Of a DNA stretch of 64,000 nt, positions 50,894 through 60,387 are shown piece after piece. Below the pieces are notes generated by a model that did not search any database, had not been told where the DNA came from, and worked only from the letters and a program-made list of their open reading frames with translations. The DNA lies in assembly GCA_965224195.1 (NCBI GenBank), contig OZ245040.1, positions 32,001-96,000 of the forward strand, written 5' to 3'. A program made the position numbers and the translations under genes. The first letter of the stretch is position 1. Each line of letters opens with the position of its first letter. This DNA comes from Nitrosopumilus sp. (lineage in GTDB: Archaea; Thermoproteota; Nitrososphaeria; Nitrososphaerales; Nitrosopumilaceae).

Positions 50894-51052
50894 CTATGAA
50901 CTAATTTTGGCAATATGGGTAGTATCATTATTAATTGCCTCTAGTAATTTTCTTTCAAGATCTTCCATATGGGAATCCCTGCAAGATTGAGAACAAAATT
51001 TTGAATTATTTTCTTTGAAATAATGTTTGCAAGAGACACAAACTAATTTCAT
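50894..51052 (-). CDS. Small Cys4 zinc-finger protein
   Basis: MKLVCVSC...FCSQSC...; it is joined to the upstream ORF in the track only because of that gene's frameshift. Confidence 0.6.
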   Translation of the reverse strand: MKLVCVSCKHYFKENNSKFCSQSCRDSHMEDLERKLLEAINNDTTHIAKISS

Positions 51053-51900
51053 AATTTTGTAATATCTCGAGTAAAAAAAAGATCTACAAACCAATCTAAT
51101 CCGTTTTTCCATTACTGGAAGAGTTGACAAATAGTATTGCTTCCATACAAACCAAGCTGTAAATCCAGTTAGATTAATTCCTAACATTTTTGCAACACCA
51201 TCACGCTTACCAATCTTTGCCATGGAACCTTTTGATGAATAATCAAAAATAGTAAAGTAATTATTTCCACGAACTGTAGATATCAAATTTTTAGAGACAG
51301 TTTTTGCTTCTCTTATTGCATGTTGAGCAGTTGGAGGATATGGTTTGCCAGTGGAATCCAAAATAAATGCACAGTCACCTAAAGCAAACACATTAGAATA
51401 TTTTGGCAATCTAAGATATTGATCAACTATAATTCGACCAGATTTATCATGTTCAGTATCAAGAGACTTGACAAAACCTTGAGATTGATTTCCTCCAGCC
51501 CATATTAACATGGAATAATATAATGATGAATTATCACTTAAAGAAACATCAGAAGAGCTTGCATCAATAACTTTAGTATTGTAAAGTATTTTTACACCAG
51601 ATTTTTCTAATGACTTTGCAGCATATTTTCCAAGTATTCCAATTTCAGGTAAAATATGATCTCTTGCAGCAATCAGATTTATTTGAATAGAATCAGATTC
51701 AATATTTCGATAATATTTCTCTGCAGATTCTCTAATGAATTCATTAATTTCGCCTGCGGTTTCAACTCCTGAAAAACCACCTCCAACTATAACAAATGAC
51801 AAAAATTGAGCCTGATTTACAATTTCTTGTTGATCAGCTAACTCGAGTTGGGTAATAATCTGATTTCGGATTAGATTTGCATCCTGTAATGATTTTATTG
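51049..51900 (-). pseudogene. Type II NADH dehydrogenase/FAD-dependent oxidoreductase, 5'-truncated and frameshifted
   Basis: IKSLQDANLIRN, VIVGGGFSGVETAGE, FALGDCA, PPTAQHA. The first FAD-binding region is missing, and the DWFVDLFFTRDITKL end is out of frame. Confidence 0.85.
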
Positions 51901-51905
51901 CTTGA

Positions 51906-52016
51906 ATATATCTATGATCATATGATATGATCGCAATTTAATATAACTGCATTGTATGAATAAGCGATCTAAATTTCTACACTTTTTCTGATCGCATCCG
52001 ATTGCCATAGATATAT
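51906..52016. repeat. 111-bp segment bounded by an 11-bp perfect inverted repeat
   Basis: atatatctatg (51906-51916) and catagatatat (52006-52016), lying between two truncated genes. Confidence 0.6.
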
Positions 52017-52052
52017 CAAATCATTTGCTTTTTATATATGTGAAAAAATCAT

Positions 52053-52643
52053 CTACAACCCTCCATCCTCAGAACCCGGAAGGGATACTGCATATACTGC
52101 AAGCGGTACCAATACTGCAATTAATGCTGGAATTGCATATCTGTTTAGCCTCTCTATACTGCGCGATACGCCACCTGCAACAATACCTGCAGTTATACAA
52201 AGCATGATTACAAATGCAAGCACTGGATCATATGAGGATGTCATGGTATCAAATGTAATGGAACTGCCTGCAACTGATGATACAAAAAAAGAGCCTACCC
52301 ATCCAAGTATTACCAAATAATATCCTGCAATTACAGAGATAACCAAGACTGTAAAGACTCCGACATATTTGAACCTGCTTCCAAGCGATGCAAGGCATCC
52401 TATGATGCTTTTCTGATAGTATCTGCCCACTGCAAACTCTAGGGACATGAATATCAGGCCAAATAGAGCAGTAACTACAAAGTAAGGAATTAAAAATGTG
52501 CCACCGCCGTTCTCACCTGCAATATATGGGAACCGCCAAATGTTACCCATACCCACTGCTGAACCAACAGATGCCATAACAAAGCCAGAATTTGTCTTCC
52601 AGTTTTGTATACTCAAAGTTGTCTTGTGGAAAAACTGTATCAT
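52053..52643 (-). pseudogene. Sodium-dependent NSS/SNF-family transporter, 3'-truncated
   Basis: GSAVGMGNIWRFPY, NGGGTFLIPY. Stops after about five TMs, whereas full proteins are about 450 aa. Confidence 0.88.
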
Positions 52644-52699
52644 ATTTTAAGACTTTGGATGGTCTTAAAGTATAACCTGTTTTTTGTGTGCTTTTTCTC

Positions 52700-52976
52700 A
52701 ATGACCATACAAAATGCGCAAAAAATAATACAGATTGCAATAGAGTACTCGACTAACCTGACAGCAGGTATTGAAAAGCTATCAAAAGACTGGGAAGATG
52801 AGCCACATGGCCCCAAGAATATGGCAGTAACAATCATGTCACTGGTCCAAGACTATACCAGGGTACTAGAGTCAATACAAGCACAGCTTGCTACAAAGTG
52901 CCGACACCCAAAAAAGTATCGCGACAGAACTGGTGATGGTGTATCATATTGCATGAATTGTAATACCACCCTCTAA
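52700..52976 (+). CDS. Small hypothetical protein with a C-terminal Cys/His zinc motif
   Basis: MTIQNAQK...CRHPKK...YCMNC. Confidence 0.65.
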
Positions 52977-53515
52977 TTTTTTTTATAATGTTTAGAGGAG
53001 ATAATTAATATCAAATGTATTATACTCTAGATGGCTCGTTGTAAAACGCAATAAAGGTTATTTGTTGTTCTGCAAACTCAAAAATTATCACCCAGTTAGT
53101 TTCCTTGAATTTTATTTTCTTGTATCTTTTATTTTGACATTGCTGACAATCAGGGATTTGGTTTGAGTTATCTGGTCTGCAATCCATACAGTGTATCTAT
53201 AGATTTTATGTTTGGCAATCTCTGATGCCAGTTGATCAAACTTTAAATTAAAACGTTGAGAATATTGTCAGAGCCGCCTACTCTTCAAAAAAATCACCTA
53301 GTTTAGATTATAATGCAAGTCAGTCACATTTGACAGGTTTAATTTTTTATCAATCTCATACTGTACTACAATATCGTTATCCTTGTCCTCCCAATTGCAA
53401 GTGATTGTAGTAAAATCAATTTCATCTGCCATGTAGTTTTTTGCCTGTAATTTTCTATTTAATATTTACTCTAGCATATTAGCACTCAAAGTTGTAATTA
53501 TCACCTACGACATAC

Positions 53516-54328
53516 TTGCTACATTGGCACTCAGGCTCTATACATCCTGATTCATTCATGAAATTATTGGGTTATGCGAGAATCTATTTTGGATTACCAT
53601 TCAGACAAACAGAAAGGATGATTCGTGCATACTGCAATAGAATTCCTGCAGTCCCGGATTTTACATCAATTCACAGGAGAGTAAACAGGCTTGATATTCC
53701 AATTGATGATTCTACAAATAATTCTGAAAACGAAATCATTCTGGCAATAGACAGTACAGGAATCAAGGTTGCAAACAGAGGTGAATGGATGCGACAGAAA
53801 TGACACATGAGGAGAGGATTCTTGAAAATCCATGTTGGTGCAGATGTGAAATCAAAGAAAATAGTATCCACTGAAAATAACAGATGATACATCCCATGAT
53901 GCCTGCACATCTGCCAGAACTAGTACAACAGGCATTGTACAAAGGAAATGTAATCAAGGTTCTAGCTGATGGTGCATATGATTCAGAAAACAACTTTTCA
54001 TATCTGTACCACAACACAAATGCACTAACTGCAATCAAAGTTAGAAAGACATCATCTCTCAAAACAAAATGTTATCTGAGAAAGAAATCAGTTTTGGCTC
54101 AAATGTATAATTTGGATTTGTGGAAGCGCAGCGTTAGCTATGAGAATAGATGGATTGTAGAGTGTGTCTTTTCTATATTCAAAAGGATGTTTGGTGAGTA
54201 TGTCATGGCTCACAAAAGAAAATACATGGTAAAGGAATTAAAATTAAAAGTCGAGCTGTACAATCTGCTTGCAGGTGCTTGATGGAATGAAATCAAAAAC
54301 TAGTTGGAAATGATTTGTTCGACAGAGT
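53516..54328 (+). mobile_element. Decayed IS5-family (IS903-group) insertion sequence
   Basis: LPFRQTE, PDFTSIHRR, AIDSTGIK, GEW; TGA at a conserved Trp; frameshift; ADGAYD; RWIVECVFS..KRMFGE. Right TIR-like gatttgttcgacagagt at 54312-54328; no left TIR seen. Confidence 0.88.
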
Positions 54329-54527
54329 ATTAAATGCAATAATTGGATTATTATCCGAATCTTTAATTTCACAAGATAAAATCTCTATTATTTCAGTATA
54401 CCAATCATTAGATCGTTCAGGATTAAATCCAAAAGATATTGGAACCATTTTTGGTAAATCAGGTGCTGATATTAGTTCAGCAATTAGTAAAGCCAAAAAA
54501 CAAAAAATAAAACCTAAGGAAAAATAA
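54329..54527 (+). pseudogene. Small HTH protein 1, 5' end apparently removed by the IS
   Basis: LNAIIGLL...LDRSGLNPKDIGTIFGKSGADISSAIS. The ORF-track start lies inside the IS TIR. Confidence 0.6.
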
Positions 54528-54528
54528 T

Positions 54529-54693
54529 ATGACAAAAAATGAATTATTACCAAATAATGAAGTAACAAAAGACCTGTTAATCATACTTGCATTACAAAAT
54601 GGAGTTAGTCCTAAAGCAATAGAGATAGCTACCGGCATAGCTAAAAAAACTATCCGAAATAAATTCCCTATGAAACTAATCAAAGGTGAATAA
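54529..54693 (+). CDS. Small HTH protein 2 (54 aa)
   Basis: Read by hand: MTKNELLPNNEVTKDLLIILALQNGVSPKAIEIATGIAKKTIRNKFPMKLIKGE. Confidence 0.7.
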   Translation: MTKNELLPNNEVTKDLLIILALQNGVSPKAIEIATGIAKKTIRNKFPMKLIKGE

Positions 54694-54695
54694 TC

Positions 54696-54974
54696 ATATC
54701 AAACGAAAATGATGTTTTAAACTCATTAAAAAATATAAAAAAGAAATTGGATGTTTTAATAAGAATTCAAAAATCAATAGCACCTAAATCAAAAATAAAT
54801 CCAGAAGAAGAAAAAATCTTAGTTTTTTGTAACTCTAAAAATATTATCAATAAAATTTCTAAACAAACCAAAAAAACTAAAAAATCTGTTGAAAGAATAT
54901 TAGAAAAATTGCGTGGTAAGGGAATTATCCAATCACTTAAAATCAAAGGAAGAACTGTACATTCTAAGGTGTAA
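54696..54974 (+). CDS. Small winged-HTH protein 3
   Basis: GGTGA SD, then an in-frame ATA at 54696 (mutated or non-canonical start). LKNIKKKLDVLI...ISKQTKKTKKSVERILEKLRGKGII. Confidence 0.65.
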   Translation: MSNENDVLNSLKNIKKKLDVLIRIQKSIAPKSKINPEEEKILVFCNSKNIINKISKQTKKTKKSVERILEKLRGKGIIQSLKIKGRTVHSKV

Positions 54975-54977
54975 ATT

Positions 54978-55142
54978 TTGGAAAAACAAGATGATATTAC
55001 AAAGGAATTAAATGCAATCAAAAAACTTCTGGTATTGCAATTATACAATCAAGTAATTCCTCTAGAAGCAATTGCAAAGGCTAGTGGAATGAGTACTGCA
55101 ACACTTTACAAATTTCTTCCTAAAAATCAGAAAAAATCTTAA
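54978..55142 (+). CDS. Small HTH protein 4 (54 aa)
   Basis: Read by hand from TTG: (M)EKQDDITKELNAIKKLLVLQLYNQVIPLEAIAKASGMSTATLYKFLPKNQKKS. Confidence 0.7.
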   Translation: MEKQDDITKELNAIKKLLVLQLYNQVIPLEAIAKASGMSTATLYKFLPKNQKKS

Positions 55143-55185
55143 ATAAAATCATAATAGGTAAATAAACCGCGTAAATCAGATTTTT

Positions 55186-55903
55186 ATGGTAAAAAAAACA
55201 ATTAGATGATAGAATTCTAGACCATCTAATTAAAAAATTACCAAAACTTAATCCACAATCTATCAATAATGCTATTTCTACAATTAAATCAAAATATGGA
55301 GTGACACTAAATGCAGCTGCTAAAGAATATGCACGAAAAAATAATGTAAAAGTTGATCGTTGGATTAGTAATGAAAATCTTAAAAGTTGGAAAGATATAC
55401 CTTCAGAACAAATTAGAACTAAAACTGTTGTAAAAATGATTAATTCTAAAAAATCAAAAACTGTGAAGGCGTATATCCATTATGATACTAAAAACAGATT
55501 TGTTATGGGACACGTTAAAGAATTGAATATTTGTTGTACCTATGGTGTATACACTGCTGCATTCATTTTGTGTAGAAAAATTATTGAAAATTTGCTTATT
55601 GATGATGTTATTTTAGTAAAATATCCAGAAAAAAAAGATAATATCCCTATCTATTTTGATCCTAGAAGAAACAGATCTAAAGATTTTTCTGAAATTTTAT
55701 TGAAATTACATGCTAAAAAAGATGATTTTGGACCTCAAAAACAAATTCTTGTTAGTTTATTGAGTAAAACAAAAGTATTCAAAGATGACGCAAACAATAA
55801 AACTCACAATACTTATAATTTAATTCGTAACCTCAAAGAATTAGATGTTGAAAATGTTCAAGATATCTTAGATATGATAGCCGATTTGAAATCTTCAACC
55901 TAA
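55186..55903 (+). pseudogene. HEPN/DUF4145-like domain protein, frameshifted at an A8 run just after the start codon
   Basis: ATG at 55186 and A8 at 55191-55198; A7 gives MVKKQLDDRILDHL...GVTLNAAAKEYA. The C-terminal ELNICC...TAAFILCRKIIENLL...DDANNKTH fits a HEPN-like helical domain. Confidence 0.6.
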
Positions 55904-56014
55904 CTTTCTTAAAATATATATTTTAAAATTTCAATCTTTAATTCAGTTTGGTTATACTATCTATATAGAATAGAATAATCTTATTATACAATTTTCATCG
56001 AAGATAATCATCTA

Positions 56015-56830
56015 ATGTTTCCATTAAGAGATGAAAATCCACATCCTCCAGGATTCAAACCAAAAGTTACAATTGCGTTAATTATTGCAAACGTGATTGT
56101 GTTTTTTATGCAAGTAGGCATTACTGGACAATTTTTTGATTTTTCCATGGTTGATTATAATCAAGCAGGGGAAATAATCAAAATATATCCAGATACAATT
56201 GATATGTATTTCAATTGGGGTGCTGTTCCAAACTGTGTTACAGGTGCTAATGAATTAAATATTAATTTTGGTAGAGGTCCTGTTAGCATTTCATGTCCTA
56301 ATACACTGTACATATCTTTACTAACATCCATTTTCATGCATGGTGGCTTACTTCATCTTGGTGGAAATATTTGGTTCTTGTGGATATTTGGTGATAACAT
56401 TGAACAAAAGTTTGGTAAAGTGAAATATCTTGGAATTTATTTAATGTGGGGAATAGCTGCAGGACTAATTCACATACTGGGAGATCCTACTAGTGGGATT
56501 CCTGCAGTCGGAGCTTCTGGTGCAATTTCTGGAATACTAGGTGCATACTTGGTAATTTTCCCAAGAACAAGAATTCAGACTTTCATGATGCTTGGATTCT
56601 TTTGGAGAATGATGCACATACAGACTCGATGGTTCTTACCATTTTGGTTAGTTTTTCAAAATCTATTACCACTGTTTGTTGGAGGATTTGGTATTGCAGG
56701 TGGTGGTGTAGCATATCTTGCACACATTGGAGGGTTTGCAGTTGGTTTAGGAACTGGTTATATTTACAAAAGAATGCACAGTTCTGACTTTACGTATGGA
56801 ACAAGATACGGTTACAGACCAGATTATTGA
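56015..56830 (+). CDS. Rhomboid-family intramembrane serine protease
   Basis: FMHGGLLHLGGN, GASGAISG, AYLAHIGGF. Confidence 0.95.
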   Translation: MFPLRDENPHPPGFKPKVTIALIIANVIVFFMQVGITGQFFDFSMVDYNQAGEIIKIYPDTIDMYFNWGAVPNCVTGANELNINFGRGPVSISCPNTLYISLLTSIFMHGGLLHLGGNIWFLWIFGDNIEQKFGKVKYLGIYLMWGIAAGLIHILGDPTSGIPAVGASGAISGILGAYLVIFPRTRIQTFMMLGFFWRMMHIQTRWFLPFWLVFQNLLPLFVGGFGIAGGGVAYLAHIGGFAVGLGTGYIYKRMHSSDFTYGTRYGYRPDY

Positions 56831-56863
56831 AAGAATAAATCCTTGAATCCATTTAAAATTTAC

Positions 56864-57040
56864 ATGCCTCTGATTACAGTGTCAATGTATCCTGGTAGAA
56901 CTCAGGAACAAAAAGACGAATATGCAAAAGCAATCACAAAATCAGCAGTTGATATTCTAAAAACAAAAAAAAGTCACGTTATTGTTGTTTTTGAAGACAA
57001 TCCTAAAGAAAATTGGTTTTTAGCAGGAAACCAACTTTAA
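56864..57040 (+). CDS. 4-oxalocrotonate tautomerase family protein
   Basis: N-terminal Pro (MPLITV), GRTQEQK, ENW. Confidence 0.9.
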   Translation: MPLITVSMYPGRTQEQKDEYAKAITKSAVDILKTKKSHVIVVFEDNPKENWFLAGNQL

Positions 57041-57207
57041 TTATTTTTAAAAATATTTGACTGGAAAATATCCCTCCAGTCTAGGGTTGACATACACACT
57101 ATGATCGGTTTGTATTGTATACAATGAATTTGCATAAGAAGAAAATGGTACATTTCTGAGTTGTACCACAAGTTTATCCTTTTATTATAATACAATCAAT
57201 CAAATTT

Positions 57208-58014
57208 ATGAAAGTTGCAGTAGTTCAATTCACAGCTTCAACTAACAAAGAAGTTAATCTCAAAAAAATAGTTTCATTTATTTCAAAAGCTGCATCAAAA
57301 AATGCAACTTTATGTGCATTTCCAGAGTTTATGATGTTTTACACAAACTCATCACAAACTTCAAAACAATTAGCCGGTTTAGCTGAAACAATTAATGGGA
57401 ATTTTGTTAGCAGTATTGCAAAAGCTGCAAAAGAGAACAAAATTCAAGTCATAGGCTCATTTTATGAAAAGAGCAAAACAAAAGATCGAGTTTATGATAC
57501 TGCATTTGTTATTGATCATTCTGGTAAAGTAATCTCTACTTATCGTAAAATACATCTCTACGATGCATTAGGATTCAAAGAGTCAGACAAGATGAAATCA
57601 GGCTCAAAAATTGCAAAGCCCGTTAACACATCTATTGGAAAAATTGGCATAATGATATGTTATGACTTGAGATTCCCAGAGATGTCAAGATCACTTGCAG
57701 CTGCAGGTTCAGAAGTACTAGTAACACCATCTGCTTGGGTTAAAGGAAACATGAAAGAAGAGCACTGGATTACAATAAATAAAACACGTGCAATTGAAAA
57801 TGGATGTTATGTTGTTGCACCTGATCAAGTTGGAAATATTTACTGTGGACGAAGTTTAGTAGTTGATCCATATGGAAAAATATTACTTGACATGAAAAAG
57901 AAACAAGGAATTAGTTTTGTAAACATTGATTTGAACAAAGTAAAACAAACACGAAAAATTTTACCATTATTGAAAAATAGAAGAACAGACGTTTATCCTA
58001 CTTTGAAGGCTTAG
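57208..58014 (+). CDS. Carbon-nitrogen hydrolase (Nit1-like)
   Basis: FPE, YRKIHLYD, ICYDLRFPE, RAIEN. Confidence 0.93.
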   Translation: MKVAVVQFTASTNKEVNLKKIVSFISKAASKNATLCAFPEFMMFYTNSSQTSKQLAGLAETINGNFVSSIAKAAKENKIQVIGSFYEKSKTKDRVYDTAFVIDHSGKVISTYRKIHLYDALGFKESDKMKSGSKIAKPVNTSIGKIGIMICYDLRFPEMSRSLAAAGSEVLVTPSAWVKGNMKEEHWITINKTRAIENGCYVVAPDQVGNIYCGRSLVVDPYGKILLDMKKKQGISFVNIDLNKVKQTRKILPLLKNRRTDVYPTLKA

Positions 58015-58465
58015 TCTTTCTACTTTTACAATTAAAGTTACCACATTGTTTAGTCCATTTTTGATTTCTTGAATAACGAAAAATTATCATTGGCCATTTA
58101 CATACGTCACATGGAGTTTTCATTGCTCTCATTCTTGCTCTTTGTAATAACGGTGATGATGCTTTACATCCACCATAAAAATTAGAACAACCCATGAATC
58201 GTTTCCTTGTAGCTTTATTTTTAATTACCATCAACTCTCCAAGCTTGCATTCAGGACATGGTACTAGACCATTTTTTGGAGAATTTGTTCCAAGTATGAT
58301 ATACTTTCTCTCTTTTGAAGACCAAGAAAGAAACCCATTACTATCAAAATATTGAATAATTTCTTTTTTGAATATACTAGTTCTTGATTTTGTAATTTTT
58401 ACTACATGTCTCATTACAGGTTTTTTGATCTGTACAGTTTTGAGACTTGATTTTCTTCTTGGCAT
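57998..58465 (-). CDS. Stand-alone topoisomerase I C4 zinc-finger domain protein
   Basis: CPECKLG, RFMGCSNF..GC, CDVC, CGNFNC; start probably MPRRK. Confidence 0.8.
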   Translation of the reverse strand: MPRRKSSLKTVQIKKPVMRHVVKITKSRTSIFKKEIIQYFDSNGFLSWSSKERKYIILGTNSPKNGLVPCPECKLGELMVIKNKATRKRFMGCSNFYGGCKASSPLLQRARMRAMKTPCDVCKWPMIIFRYSRNQKWTKQCGNFNCKSRKTKPSK

Positions 58466-58512
58466 TTTCTGTGATGAATTTACTAAAACGATTTTTATAG
58501 GGAAATGGGTCA

Positions 58513-59676
58513 GTGACATTTGTGGAAAAGGTTTGTGTTCTTGGCGCTGGTAGCACCAAATATGGAAAATTAAGTGAAAGTATTGCAGATATTACTACAC
58601 AGGCATCAGTTGCAGCCATAGAAAGTGCAGGAATTTCTCCAAAAGATATCAAAGCATCTTACATTTCAAACGTTTTTGGAGTTGCTGACAAACAAGTTCA
58701 CCTTGGTCCAGTATTGATGAGCCGATTAGGAATTCCCGATAAACCATCATTAACAATAGAATCCGCATGTGGAAGTGGTTCTGTATCTTTTAGAGAAGCC
58801 TATGCCAATGTTGCAGCAGGATTTTATGATTGTCTAGTTGTTACCGGTGTTGAAAAAGTAACTCACACAGGAACTGAATGGACTACCACTTACTTTGCAT
58901 ATTGTTCTGACTTTTTTTATGAAGGACAAGCAGGTGCATCATTTCCAGGTTTGTTTGCATCAATGGCAAGAGCTTACTTGACAGAATTTGATGTAACTGA
59001 AGAAGACTTTGCAGCAGTTGCAGTAAAGAATCACGATAACGGTGTTCTTAATCCTAAAGCTCACATGCAAAAGAAAATTACTATTGATGATGTAATGAAA
59101 TCACCAGTAGTTGCAAGTCCACTAAAACTTTATGATTGCTGTCCATTCTCTGATGGCGCAAGTTCTGTTATTCTTTGTTCTGAAAAGTTTGCAAAAGCAC
59201 ATGGTGGTGATTACATTGAAGTAACTGGTTCTGGCAGAGGTGGTTCACCTGCTGCATTACAAGGACGTGAACATATGACAACTATTCCTAGTACAAAGCT
59301 TGCAGCAGCAGATGCATACAAGATGGCAGGCATTACTGCAAAAGATGTTGACTTTGCAGAAGTACATGATTGTTTTACTATTGCAGAAGTAGTTGACACT
59401 GAAGACTTGGGATTCTTTGACAAAGGACAAGGTATTCAAGCTATTCGTGAAGGTAGAACAAAATTAAATTCTGACATTTCTATTAATTCATCAGGTGGTC
59501 TTAAATCAAAAGGACATCCAATTGGTGCAACAGGTGTTGGACAAGTAGTAGAAGTATTTGATCAACTAACTGGAAAAGCAGGTGCAAGAACTGTTAAAGA
59601 TGCAAAAATTGGTTTAACCCATAATTTTGGTGCAACTGGTGCAAGTTGTGCTGTTCATGTATTCCAAAGTGTGTAA
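58513..59676 (+). CDS. Archaeal thiolase (acetyl-CoA C-acetyltransferase family)
   Basis: ESACGSG, AEVHDCFT, GHPIGATG. Confidence 0.92.
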   Translation: MTFVEKVCVLGAGSTKYGKLSESIADITTQASVAAIESAGISPKDIKASYISNVFGVADKQVHLGPVLMSRLGIPDKPSLTIESACGSGSVSFREAYANVAAGFYDCLVVTGVEKVTHTGTEWTTTYFAYCSDFFYEGQAGASFPGLFASMARAYLTEFDVTEEDFAAVAVKNHDNGVLNPKAHMQKKITIDDVMKSPVVASPLKLYDCCPFSDGASSVILCSEKFAKAHGGDYIEVTGSGRGGSPAALQGREHMTTIPSTKLAAADAYKMAGITAKDVDFAEVHDCFTIAEVVDTEDLGFFDKGQGIQAIREGRTKLNSDISINSSGGLKSKGHPIGATGVGQVVEVFDQLTGKAGARTVKDAKIGLTHNFGATGASCAVHVFQSV

Positions 59677-59677
59677 A

Positions 59678-60043
59678 ATGACTATTGAAGAACAACTTAT
59701 TGAATTTGCAAAACAAGGCAAACTTTTAACTCACAAATGTACTGAATGTGGATATCTTCATTTGTCTACAGCATATTATTGTCTAAAATGTGGTAGTAAG
59801 GGATTTGAGGATACTATTTTAGATGGTGTAGGCTCAATTGCCACTTATACTATAATCACAGTAGCTCCTGCAGGCTTTGAAAAATACACTCCGTATGCTT
59901 TTGTTGTTATGCAAGTAGATAATACAGATTTGAGAATTTCAGGATTTATGCCAGATATTGCAACTCCTGATGATCTCCCTGTTGGTATTAGAGCAAAAAT
60001 TGCTGGTTTTGATGAACGAGGAATACTCATCGAAAAACAGTAA
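59678..60043 (+). CDS. DUF35 zinc-ribbon/OB-fold thiolase partner
   Basis: CTECG...YCLKCG, TYTII, PYA; directly after the thiolase. Confidence 0.9.
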   Translation: MTIEEQLIEFAKQGKLLTHKCTECGYLHLSTAYYCLKCGSKGFEDTILDGVGSIATYTIITVAPAGFEKYTPYAFVVMQVDNTDLRISGFMPDIATPDDLPVGIRAKIAGFDERGILIEKQ

Positions 60044-60113
60044 AATAATTTGCTTGAATTATTAAAAAAAATCAAAATCGTTTCTTAATTATTTTACATA
60101 TCTGATCTTATTC

Positions 60114-60275
60114 ATGTCAGTAGAAATTACATGTGGTAAATGTGGAGAAAAGATCACAAACATGAAGATGTTAAAATCTTTAAAAGATGTACTAAATCCA
60201 ACAAATGGAAAGTGTCCATCATGTGGACAGAAACTTTCTACATCAGAATTTTCACTCGATGTCCAAGAAAAATAA
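60114..60275 (+). CDS. Small zinc-ribbon protein (53 aa)
   Basis: Read by hand: MSVEITCGKCG...GKCPSCGQKL. Confidence 0.75.
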   Translation: MSVEITCGKCGEKITNMKMLKSLKDVLNPTNGKCPSCGQKLSTSEFSLDVQEK

Positions 60276-60387
60276 ACGAACTGATCTTCTTTAAAGATCT
60301 TTTTTATCTTTTCACGAATCTAATCAAAAACCGTAATAAATTATCTAGTCACAAGTCTTATTTACTGCATATAATTTAGGAACAACA

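Noticed and set aside
50894-51802. NDH-2/zinc-finger fusion protein as given in the ORF track
   Set aside because: It arises from a frameshift near 51100 that runs the pseudogene into a separate small gene.
53090-53435. Short minus-strand reading frames left of the IS
   Set aside because: Fragmented by stops with no motif I can assign; probably gene debris.
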